From positions 5,456,001 through 5,520,000 of the forward strand of contig JBITNC010000002.1 of NCBI GenBank assembly GCA_050084985.1: 64,000 nt of DNA. Reading direction: 5' to 3'. The position numbers and the translations under genes were made by a program. The notes beneath the pieces were generated by a model, which was not told the origin of the DNA, did not search any database, and saw nothing but the letters and a program-made list of their open reading frames with translations. Origin of the DNA: Nageia nagi. Its lineage: Eukaryota; Plantae; Pinophyta. Numbering within the stretch: the first letter of the stretch is position 1; each line of letters begins with the position of its first letter. Positions 41,221 to 53,560 of the stretch are shown here, one piece after another.

Positions 41221-41479
41221 ATCTAGACAATTAAAATATATTTGTAAGAAAAAACTTTGATCCCCTAATTTTATATTTAAAAGTAAAAAATTATTAGAAC
41301 TTTGCTTTTTATTTTGCCATAACAAGATAAGTTTTTTTAATGTCCTTTTAAACCCAATGATTTGTAGGACCTACCAAAGTTTATCCAAAAATAAATATAA
41401 ATCAATCATGTATTTGAATGTTTGTTTTTTTAACATAATTAAGTTGTATAATAAAATCGTCAAGCTTGTTTTGGTCATC

Positions 41480-41925
41480 TTGATTTAAAATTCATGGATC
41501 TAACTAATATTACATATATTTTTATATGTTTGTCTAATGTCTTTGTAAAGTGGACAAAAAAAGAGAAAATAAATTTCATCTATTACAAGTTATTTTGTCC
41601 TAAGGTATTTTAGGTATTATCAATTTATAAATTTTGCTATGCAATTCATGTGAATTAGTTCTTAATTTTGTGATCATAAGTTTCTTTTTGAGACTTATAA
41701 TCTTATGTGAATAAAATGCATATTCAAGTTTTGGATTAATGATATTTTTACAATAAACTAGTTTTCTTTTAGTTTTTGATATTATCATCACTCCTTAGTT
41801 TTTGAGTTACTATATTTGCAATAGATAGTTTAATTTATTGTTATTTGAAGGGGTTATGTTAATTTGTATACCTTAAAAATCAAGCCAATTATCAAAGTCT
41901 TTTGGCCAACCTCTTTTAAGATGTG
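41480..41925 (-). mobile_element. Non-LTR retrotransposon ORF2 C-terminal remnant (RTEX/L2-like)
   Basis: ITKLRTNSHELHS...IPKIP*DKITC...DEIYFLFFCPLYKDIR resembles the LRxxSHxL...C..C...EDExHF...CPxY..IR zinc-finger tail. Confidence 0.65.
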
Positions 41926-42062
41926 GATTTGTAGCTTAGATTCTTAAAGTGAAGATCATTGCCAAGGGTCCACATGTTCGAATTTGAGATGTACTTTTGA
42001 CCTGGTAGAATTTTGTGCATTATAGCCTAGCACCAATGCTAACAACAACACCAATATTACAT

Positions 42063-43550
42063 TGTATGCATAAACTAAGGATGAGATTATTTGAGATTAG
42101 AGTTTTCAGTGCTATATACATTCATGGGTATTTTGAAGGTATATTTCCTTATGAAGATCATGACATGGTCTCTAGACGATCCATTACTCGATGAGGAACA
42201 TTTGACGATTTGGCTACTTAACTAAGTCAGCTAGTGCTAATGCTTACTGAAAAGAATAATTATGAAGGAAGTTGAAGTATTCTTAACCATTTCCTAAGCA
42301 TTTGGGAAGTTATGGAAGTTTTTTTAATCTTCTAAGAGGTGTTGGTTTCAATTATAAATAACTCCTACCCATATATAAAGGGGGTTAGAGAGTTTGGTTG
42401 ATGTTGTAATCAATTTTGTGATTCTTTCCTATTACGTGACTATGAAAGGAATCCATTAGAGACTGTAAGGAGGTTGTAGAAGAGGTTATATAGCATATAG
42501 TTGGGGATTATTGCTAATAAATATTGGATAAACCTTATTTAAACTGTTGTACTAGATTTATTTTATGATCACATTAATCAAATATCAGACATGTTGTACT
42601 AGCCTACATTGGGTGAACCAGGGTAAAACTTTATGTCTTGAAGTTTGTGGATGTGATTTATTTTCATTTATTATTGATATCTTTATCTAAATCAGTAATA
42701 TTAATGTATTAATCACAAGGATACATTTTTAAAGGCATTAAAAGGTTAGGTTGAATAAATATGTATTTGATGATCTCTTGACATAACTTATAGAGATTTA
42801 TAGATCACGTGGTATCAAAGCTAAGTTAACTAGTTGTTATAGAGGTCTTGTGAATGCAAGGTAGAAGATCTTAATGACCTGAGTTAATTCCTATAAATCT
42901 AGATATTGGAAGGAGAAATAGAAGGATAAATTTCATGGAAGGATTGGATGAAGAACAACTTGGTGTTTCAATGTCTAAGAGATAGTTCCAAAGAAGATTT
43001 CTTGCAATGGAAGAGAACATGACTCGTCTTATGGATATGATGCAAGGATAGTCCATAGTGGAAGAATAACTAAGACAACAAAAAAATAGAGAAATATAAC
43101 TTGAATTTATCTAATCTTTAGCATCATCATCCCTTATAGTACCTTTCAAGGTGGAGACAAAAGTGGAAATCCTATTCTTTGGTGGAGAAGTTGATGTAGA
43201 TAAGTTAAATTTTTAGTTAAAGCAATTAGAGGTATATTTTCAAATTCAAGGTGTTGTTGAGGATGTTCAAAAAAATTCTTTTGCAAGACTTAAAATGAGT
43301 GGTCATACTTTGATATGGTTGAAAAGTCTTGTAGAATCCCTTCAACATGAAAATTAGCCACCCATTTCTTCTTAGGATGAATTTAAGAACTTACTTAGAG
43401 ATCAATTCTATCCTTTGGGACATAATAACAAACAATTGATTAAATGGAAATTCTTTGGGAAATAAAAAGGATAATTTGTTCAAGAATATTCTACAAAATT
43501 TAGGAAGTAAATTGTCTTACTTGGGATACCTCTTAAGGATCCTTAAGCTC
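42063..43550 (+). mobile_element. 5' part of a gypsy (CRM-like) element: LTR, iMet PBS, gag fragment
   Basis: TATA atatataaaggggg at ~42371; LTR end ATCA at 42807; PBS TGGTATCAAAGC at 42810-42821; gag PFKVETKVEI.FFGGEVDVDKLNF*LKQLEVYF...SFARLKMSGHTLIW; LTR start approximate. Confidence 0.75.
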
Positions 43551-43559
43551 TCCTATTTT

Positions 43560-46130
43560 AAATTCCCTTCACTTGATAAATGGCATTGAGTATCCTTATG
43601 AATCTTCTTGTTTTGTTTGTGTTTGGTAGTTTGAAGACTTGTTTTGGATTGGTCTATACTTGCATCCTCCTTATCTTAGTCATTTGAGATTGGAGTTGTT
43701 AGTTGGTATTGTCCATTGTTGGTAGGAATTGAGAATCCCTCACCATCTCGTAGGTTGTGGATCATTGGCATTCTTTCCAAGGGGTTCAATGATGTTTTGT
43801 ATATGTCTTCAGAAGCTCCCTTATATTCTTTTGGTGGCTTTACTAGAATTGTTTACTCTTGGGTTCCTTTAGCTTCTTGAGTGGGTTCCCATGCATTCTT
43901 TTTCATTTCATTGATAACTTCTTATAGGTACATTCGATCGCTTGCCATGCATAGATATGTATCTTTAATGTTGCGAAAAGCTTCCAAAATTGTTTGTAAT
44001 TCTAAGTACGAGAAAGTTCCTTCAAAATATTCTATGCTCTTTAGTATCATTAAATTGATTCAATCCTTCTTTTTCTTGTTGGTTGTCCACCATCAAATTT
44101 TCCCTGCAATCTGTTGGGTTAATATCCCCCCACTTTGTGGATGCAATTATCTCCTTTTCTTTCTCCTTGGGAAGGGAACAACATGGTATGGTGGTGATAG
44201 GTGTACCTTTAGCTTTCATATACACAACCTTATTGGGATTCCCTTGATATTCTTATGTTTCCTTTTCCTTATGATTCCATGGGACCAATTTCATTAAGTC
44301 CTTATGCCCAGTGATATCCAAGAATATCCCAAATTCCACTACCTTTTTATATTTTTCTGATCTCTTTTCATTTTCTTTGAGTAGTCTATCTAGTTTTGTT
44401 GCCTTGGTATATGACACTTTTCTTTACTTGGGTGGTTATTTCTTTATATTGGTGATCATATGACTATATAACTCGAGTACTTTATCTAGCTTCTACTTAG
44501 TTTCTTTTCCCCATTTGGCCATGATGAGAAAACCCTCTTTAACAAAACCTCCAATTGATTGAGCCGATGAGATCAAGTCTTAGGGTAATCTTAAGGAGTG
44601 TTCTCAGACTCACAAGAGGTCAAACAAATTTCCAAGAAGGGTTACATAGTTCTTCAAGCCCTTTTGATTGCCAAAAACTATTATTAGATCTCTAAGATGC
44701 TTCGCGTTTGCTACCAAGACTCTCTAAGGCCAAATGAATATATCAAAGCTCTCTTTCTCAAATTATTCCTTTCAAAAAAGATGTGCTTTTCTACTAATCC
44801 CACATCTAGCTTTATAGTACTTCAAAATTATTTAAAATTGGCTTTTCACATTTGCATATTGCTTTCCCTTCAAATTTCAAATTTTAGTACAATAAAATAA
44901 AACACCTTATCTCTCCTAATTTAATTTGCTTGTCAAATGAAATTTTATTTTCTTAATGGAAATAAATAAAGAATATTTTCTTTTACCTTTTTCATAAATA
45001 TTTTCTTTTTCCTCCTTATTATTTCATATTTACGAAAATAAAAATCTAAATTGTAGGAACTAAATTTAGAAATTTTTGAAATTTTCTCAAACTTAGAAAA
45101 ATAAAACCTCACACTATGAAATCACCTTGATCTAAGCATAAAATTTGATGATGAAATTGATCTAGTTAGGAAACCAAGGCCTACATCCAACCTTCCTCAC
45201 CTCTGCACTACAAAAATTGATGTAAGAAGCCTCCATGTATGGACTCAGATGCCCATGATAATCAATTCGGATGCACAAGCTCCCATGTTTCCCACCAAGG
45301 GAACAATTGATGAGATATCGAGCCAAAATTATATTCTCATAGATGCAACAAGTCAATTGATAATTTTTAATCCTCTAAAATTCCTAAAATATCTCCAACA
45401 TCTGCCTTTAGAAGCTGCAATTTTCAACTTTTACTTGCTCAAAATGTTAGATCTCCCTTGAGTATTCTTTAGCACCAAAGACTCCTATGGATTTAGAATA
45501 CCACATAGTCTTTCAAAAAGTCTTTGAAACTTCGAATATGACCAACTAAACCAAATGTCCAACTTCAGTTGTGAGATCCTATAAGCTAGACCTCAATATT
45601 TACCTTAAAAATTAACATATCCATGATTTAGATGCTAAAAATCTATACGTTGCCCTCCAGGAGTTCAAAAATCAATATTTGAGATTCCAAAACTTTAATG
45701 TTGCCTACCAAGAAGCCACCATTGAAATTTTACTATGTAAAATCAAGCTTATAATCAAATTTGGTTACCATAATAATCTCTTGATACCACTGCATTAATA
45801 AACCTCAAACTTTCCTTGATACCACTATAAATGATACCATCATAAAAAATTAATTTGAAATTTCCTAAATACCACTGTGAACTATGATGCCCTAATCTCC
45901 TAGCAAGACTATAAGACTAAAACTTCACAAACTCCTCCAAAGACCTCCTAGTAGGATGATAAGATATTCTTAGCTCCATATAATTTTGAAACCTTTAAAA
46001 CCCTTATGATACCATTATGATGAATATGTATCCAAGTTTTCAAAATCTCTTTAACATCTCTTACCCAACAAAATCGTAAGATCAATGTTCTTCAAATAAA
46101 ATCAAAATAATCTTTGTGAAATTCCTCAAA
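43560..46130 (-). mobile_element. Degenerate LTR-retrotransposon 5' region (leader with PBS-like array, decayed ORF)
   Basis: TGGTATCA on the minus strand at 46007-46014 plus more copies at 45782-45839; purine-rich decayed frame starting ATGGCCAAATGGGG at ~44522. Confidence 0.45.
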
Positions 46131-49115
46131 TATATTTTTTTCAAAACAAGGGGGAGTTAATATTTTGGAGTATTTTTACTTAAAAGTAATTTTTTTTTTT
46201 CAAAAAAAAGGGGAGTTAATTTTTTTGAAAGTGAAAATATTTTTGGAGTATTTTTACTTAAGTAATTTTTTGAGAGGAATTTAAGCATGATGCATTTTTT
46301 TTCTCAAAAATTATGGGGGATACCTTGAAACAAGGTATTAATATTTTGAGCAATATTTTGAAAGTATTATTATAGGGGGAATATTTCTAAGTGCATTTTT
46401 TAAAGCATGTAATGATTTTTTGCTAAGTTCAAATTCTAAGTGAAAAGGAGAGGACTTTATTGTTACTTAAAAATAATGAACTTAGGCAATCTTTATAAAG
46501 AGGTCATTTTGAGGTTGTGATAAAACCTATTGGACACTCTTAGATTTCATTTTGATGATGTATAATTTGGAATCTTGGGTTTCAAGTTTGGATGATGTAT
46601 AATTACAAGCACTTTACTTTATGCACATTTTCTTTATTTTTTGCAAAAATCACAAATATTAAAAGTACACCCCCTAAAATAAATACATCCACATGTTTTA
46701 TTCCACAACATGAATTGTTTGAGAGCCACAAGGTGAGGACAAGGAAAATTGGAGCCTCTTAATCCATTGATCCAAATGATGAAAAGTTTGTACTTCTTAA
46801 TTTCCTTTAAATCCTTTGTTGTTCTCTACATAACTCCATATAGGTGGTCAAACATGTGTGTAGTGATACCATATGTCTGCACGCACATTCAAAGAATCTC
46901 TTAATTACCTAGAAGGAAAACTTGAAAACCTAATTTATATAATAATTTAGTTGATACAAAATATATCATAACCTTGAAAAATAGTTAGTACTCATCCTTG
47001 TGAGAGTGTATTGTTTACCAAGGAAAACTAATTAAGGATTGGTAGGATTTGGGTGCCAATATGCAAGTATCCAAATGAAAGTATAATTTAAAATAAGAAA
47101 ATAAGCCTCAACTTTACCCTCTTTACATATATATTACTTGTTTATGAAAAAATATTGGATGTCTATGATGTGATGAGATTGAAAACTTTTTGCACATGCA
47201 AAATTTGTTAACAATTTAAGCATGCCTTATTGATTACCTTTTGTTAAAATTCAACATGTATATTTGATTAATTCAACATGTATAATTAACATGTATGATT
47301 GATTTATGATTAATTAAATTGAACAAACTCAACATGTATGATTTATTTTGGTTCTCAAATGTAACATGTTTACATTGGTTAACATTTTTACCTTCTTTTA
47401 TAGCAAATGGGAGACTCTTTTTTACCCATGCATATCCTAGACAGTTCCAACTATGGTATTTAGGAACCTAGGATGAAAGCAAAACTCCAAGTATAGAATC
47501 TATGGCAAATCGTAAATGAAAACCAAGTTACTCCAACAAATGAGAAGGTACTTGAGGCTTACAACACAAAGAATGAGTTGACAACCTCTATAATATTTAG
47601 TGTTATTTTAGATGAAGTCCTTCTTATGATTTATTCTTCAAATGTTGCAAAGGAAGCTTAGGACAAGTTGAGAAAATCTACCTTGACATCAAATTTTCTA
47701 GGAGGTGCACCATTCTCTAGGGTGTTGCAATGTACTTAAACAAGATTATTGATCTTAGAATCCAACTTATGGGGTGTGGTTGCAATTAGATCAACAATGA
47801 TTTTATTATGTTCATCATCCTTCAAATCCTTTTTACTAAATTTAATCACTTCATAACAACTATTGAGACAAGGCTTGGTGATGAAGAAAAAGTGTTCTCC
47901 TTGAAAAATATATCAAAGCTTTTCCTAAAACATGAAAAGATACTCAATAAAAAGTTCTTGATCTTAACTCATAAGGATCATCCTATGGCACTTGAACCAC
48001 TAAAGACTCACTTCAAAAAGAAGTTCCATAATCAAAATAAATCTTCCCATACTCCAAAATAGGTGGAAACAAATAGCATAATGGCCATGATAAATGTAGC
48101 AAATCCAAAGCCAAATTTTATGGTAATTGTAATTTTTACGGTATCTATAGTTATAGGGAATCAAATTGCTACAAGAAAAAGAAAGAATAAGATGGAAAAT
48201 GATCTAAAAAATCAAACAACTTCAAAGCTAAGAAGAATAATAAGAAATTTATTTATGTTTGTGGTCTTTACTCCAAGTCTCACACTTTCTTAACTAATTA
48301 GATTGTTGACTCTAAGTGCCTAAATCACATGTGTTTTGAAAATGATAAGTTTAAATTTTTTTATAAGTATAGAAAAGATGTAGTTGTGTTAGGTGATAAT
48401 TCAATCGTTGAAGTCCAAGGTATAATAAGTGTGTTGTTAAAAGGAATGGTTCTTGAAAATGTGCTCTATATGCATAAACTTAGTATGAACATTCTTTCCA
48501 TAATTCAAGTTGCAAAGAAATGATAGAAATTTGAGTTCAACTCACACTCCTGGAGCATGAAGAAGGGACTTGTCACTTTGGTGAAAGGATCAATGAAATA
48601 TGATCTCTACATTGTGGGTTAACCACCAACAAAGATATGTCTTCCTACAAGTTTTTGCTCTAGGGGAAATCTTTGGCACCATCGATTAGGCCACCTTAAC
48701 CATAAAAGTATTAAAGTTATAAAAAATCAAGAACTTATGGAAGGTTTACCTTTGATATCATCTATAATTGGTCTTTGTAAGAAGTACATCCTAGGTAAGA
48801 TGAATAGGCCAAAAGTTGAGAAAGATAATGCAACAAAGGAAACATAACCTCTTAAGCTTGTGCATTCAGATTTGATGGGTTTATTTCATACTAATTTGCT
48901 TGGGGATTATCTTATGTCTTAACTTTCATCAACAACTTTAGTAGAATGACATTTGGTTATCTTCTAGAGCACAAGGATCAAACCTTTGATAAGTTCAAAG
49001 ATTTCAAAGCCTTAGTTGAAAATCAATCTAACTTCAAAATCAAGATGTTGAGATATGATAATGGAGGTGAATATATTAGCAATGAGTTTAATGATTATTA
49101 TTTCAAATAAAGATA
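46130..49115 (+). mobile_element. Ty1/copia element 0: leader, gag, protease, integrase start; cut by a nested insertion
   Basis: gag ATG at 47407 (MGDSFLPMHILDSSNYGI*EPRMKAKL); IVDSKCLNHM; LWHHRLGHLN; LVHSDLMG; RYDNGGEY; homologous to 56000-57508 (minus). Confidence 0.88.
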
Positions 49116-52100
49116 TGAAGGAATAAGACTTAAAAAATCAATTCTTAGTCTACCAAGATCACTTGAAAGATCACTCAAACATCAATATTCAAAGCATAAA
49201 CAATATCACAAATTGATACAAGATATAAAATGGTTCCTCCAAATATAGAGCATATCCACTAACTAAGATCTTTCTCATTCACAAAGACAACTATCTTACA
49301 AGACCTCTTTCTTCTTCTTCTAACATTAATCCCAGAGCATAACTTTGCATTAAGGGTTTTTTGGTGAGTGGTTACAAGGTGAGAACCTTCTATTTATAGG
49401 AAATAATGCTCCCTTGGATCACCTTTTTAACCATTATACAAAGATATGACATGCTACACCCTTTTACCCAAAGGGCATGCTCATGAGAAGGAGTGTAGGA
49501 TAAATTACATTATCATATTCATTTAAATAGTTAAGGTATCTAGAGATACCTTAACATATTGGTGAATTTACAAAGAAGACTATTACAAAACCTTACAATA
49601 ATGCATTATACATTCCAACACTCCCCCTTAATGCAATATTGGGATAGAGTGAAGAAGATATAAGAAAGGGAGAGTAAAAGAGAGTTCTCCATATCAATAA
49701 ATTTGAAGATAAGAACTTTTACATCTTTATGAAGTAAGCAAGATCTTAGTTTGATACTCACTACTTTACCATTCTAACAAATGGTTTATAATAAAATCAT
49801 TAACCCCAACCAGAGGTTGACATGATGAGCCTCCATGAGCCTACACACCTGAAGTAAGTAACCTGCAATCTCAAGAAGAAACCTACAAGTTAAAAGCAAA
49901 TAAAAAAGAATAAAATTAGTTAGATGTATCATATACACATTCATATCAACAAGGATAAATGAATCAAGTAATACCATCCATAAACAGATCAATGGTGCAC
50001 TATAAGTCATCACAAAGATGCCAATTCAATACTCTTAGTCACCTTCTATATTAAAAAATATGTGTTGATTATTATCACAAATGGAGCATGAAAAAATGCA
50101 CATACAAGTTCCTCACACATGGATAATTGAATAGTGCCAAAAGACACCTATGTATTTCTCACATATGGATAATTGAACAGTGTAAAAAGGATTCATCATA
50201 TACACATATGAGTTCCTCCATATGGATAATTGAACAATGCTAATGATGATCTATCATATGCTCGAGTATACAAATAGTTCATCACATAAGAAGAACTAGC
50301 AAAAAGTACATAAATAAATACTATATAGCCAAAAATCCTGCTAAGGGTGAAGTTGTCATCACAATTATGAATTTAACACAAGAATTCAAACTTTACTCTC
50401 CTTTGAGGGCAACTTCACCAATTCAATAAAATCCCTAAGCTTATTGAATTGAGCTTCAGGAAGGGGCTTGGTGAATATATCAACAAAGTTCAGGTTAGAT
50501 GGAAAATACTCCAAGTGTATGATGCCATCCAGAACCTTCTCCCTAATAAAGTGGGTTTTGGATTTCTACATATTTTGTACATTGATAAAAAACAAGATTC
50601 TTAGCCAAAGAAATAGCCAATTGATTGTCTGAAGAAATATGAGATAGGTGAGCTTGCTCATACCTAATTTCTTTTAGAATATGCCTAAGCTAAATAGCTT
50701 CTTGGGACGTAATAGACATGGCTCGATATTTAGCTTTTGTGGTGGAAAGAAAAATAGTAAGTTGCTTCTTAAAAGCCTAAGAGATAGCACCTAAAATAAT
50801 GCTAAATGCATATGGAAAGGATGATTTCATGTCATATATATCTCCCCCATATTCAAAATCTAAGAATCCTAAGAGAACAAATGAGGGTAACTTGGAATAC
50901 TTGAGATTAAAATCCTTCATCCCTGTAATATACCTCAAGATTTACTTAACAACATTCAAATGCTTAACATATGGTTTTTGCATGAACCATGCCATTAGAT
51001 TCATTGAAAAGGAAATATCTCACTTGGAAATAGTTAAATAAAGGAGATTTTTAATTAATTATCTGTAAGCAGTAGCATCTACTAATTGAGAGTTGGAGCT
51101 AAGAAATAAAATGATTCCAAAAGAGATTGGGATTGCAACAGATTTGCATTCCACCATTCCAAACTTTTGCAAGATGTTTGATATATACTTGGATTAACTA
51201 TAATAAGTACAATCCTTGTATTGGTATGCTTGCATTCTAAGATAGTAGTGTAAGAGACCAAGATCGATCATTTCAAATATTTCCTTAAGTTTGGATATGC
51301 ACTCTTAGATGATTTCATCATTATTACTAGTGATCAAAGATCATGCACATAAAGGAGAATTAAGACCACATCTTTTTTGTGATTGAGCACATATAGATCA
51401 AATTCAGAGAAGCACTTGAAGAATTCAATGTTTACAAAGTAACTTGAAATCTTCTTATACCAAGCTTTAGGTTTTTGCTTAAGTCCATACAATGACTTAT
51501 CTAGCTTGCAAATAAATGACTTTTTTCCTTCCATAAAAAATCCTTTTGGTTAATTCATAAAGTTTTCCACATCTAGTTCATCATTTAGAAATGCACTTTT
51601 GATGTCAAGTTGAAAAACTTTCCATCCTTGAGCTACTGAAAGAGCAAAGATTATCTTGACAGTGGACATCTTTGCTAGGAGAGCAAAAGTTTTCTCATAA
51701 TCAAATTTGTATTTCTGAGCAAAACCTTTGGACACTAACCTTACCTTGTATTTCTTAATATCTCCAATTGAAGTATACTTAACCTTATAAATCCATTTAT
51801 TTTCAATCATATTCCTTTAACTCGGATAAGGAACTAAATCCCAAATTTTATTTTTCATAAGCACCTCATACTCCACTTTCATGACTTCCATTTGGCACTC
51901 ATGATTTGAAGCTTCCTTGAATGATGAGGGCTCATTATTGTTATCAATTTTGGCAAATAATGATTTGTTCAAGGTCATGCTTCTTGTTATCCTCTAAGTT
52001 GGAGAATGTTTCTCATGGGTGACTTACTTACATCAATATCCAACCATTTAGATGTAACTAAAGAGTTAGATAGATCATCAACATTCTCATTAGAAGAAAA

Positions 52101-52442
52101 TTCCTCAGTAAGTTCATTGAACTTTACATCTCTCAATAGGAACACTACTCTTTAGGATAGACAGTAGATCTTGTAGCCTCCTTATTGACTATCGTAGCCC
52201 ATAAAGATGCATTTTTTAGCTCTTTTATCCAACTTTTTTCTTTTCTTAGAAATAATGTATGAGAATGCTTCACAACCAAACACCCTAAGATGTGAAATAT
52301 TTGGTTTCTTTCCTATCCATGTCTCAAAAGGAGTTTTATCATCAACAACTTTTGTGGGACACCTATTCACTGTGTAAATTACAGTGCTCACAACTTCACC
52401 TCACAAAAAACTAGGAAGATTTTTCAACATGCATCTAACCAT
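49116..52442 (-). mobile_element. Ty1/copia element 1: 3' LTR (49116-49620), PPT, 3' module, RH, RT, integrase end
   Basis: LTR TGAAGGAA...TTCCAACA; PPT ctccccctt at 49621-49629; KWIYKVK..KYKVRLVSKGFAQ, QLDIKSAFLN, KSLYGLKQ.PKAWY, HLRVFGCEAF. Confidence 0.92.
50100..50245. repeat. Tandem repeat in the copia 3' module (3 copies)
   Basis: ca(c/t)atggataattgaa core. Confidence 0.85.
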
Positions 52443-53389
52443 CGAAAGAGATGAAACTCCTACACCCAAGATCACCTTGGAGTTTTATTCTTACTTCAAT
52501 TAGCAACATAATATATAAATACTTAATCACACACAAGAGAGATATAATCATGTATAGTGGTTCCTCTCAAGGTGAAAGTACTTTACTTTAACTTAAAGAT
52601 CTTTACTTCTAAAAGATAGTTCTTATAATGCTTACAACTTCTTTCTCTTCCTATCAACCTACAAGGCATTAGCATAACTTACTCTCATCAGGTGTGTTTT
52701 ACAACAAGGCCAAGCTTTCTATTTATAAGATAAAACCCCATCTTAACTCACCTTTTTACCAAAGGTTTACATGAGGTTAAGAATGGTCAAGTTGCACATA
52801 TTTAATTCCTAAATAATAAATATTTTGGTATTTAGAAAATTAAGTGAGACACTTTTTAAATACCAAACAATAATGCATTAGAAATTCTAGCACTCCCCAT
52901 TAATGCAATATTGGGTAGACAATAGAGAAGATAGTGAGAGAGAGATAGTAAGAGAGTTCTCCTCTATAATAAATACAATTGGAAATAAGAATTGTACAAC
53001 TTGAGAAGTAATAGATAAGGCTTAACTACTCAACCATTTTAACAAATGGTTTACAATACAATATCCACCAACCATAGATGGTTTCAATGTACTAGAAGTA
53101 TTTATTCAATAAAAAATTGACATAATGAGCCTCTATTAGCTTGCATACCCGAAGTAACTTGTAATTTCAAGAAAAAATCTGCAAGCTAAAAATAACTCAT
53201 ACATAAGATTAGTTAGATGCATCATATATTAATATCAACATAAGATAAATGAATCAAATAATGTTATCCATAAACTGATCAAATGGTGCACTATAAATCA
53301 TCACAAAGATTCCAAGCAAACATATAGTCAACTATTGTATAAGAAATATATGTGTTGATCATCATTATAAAAAATAAGATATATATCCA

Positions 53390-53560
53390 ATCATGCACAT
53401 ATAAGCTCCTCACACATGGATAACTAAATCATGCCAACATGCACATACTAGTTCCTAACATATGGATAACTAAATACTGCAAGAAGTGTATAAATAAGTT
53501 CATCTCATATGGATAACTAAACAATGCCAACATGCACATACTAGTTTCTCACACATGGAA
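53390..53560. repeat. Tandem repeat in the copia 3' module (4 copies)
   Basis: ca(c/t)atggataactaaa core. Confidence 0.85.

Noticed and set aside
43881-44297. 138-aa hydrophobic ORF
   Set aside because: Antisense to purine-rich retroelement sequence; the hydrophobicity comes from T-richness
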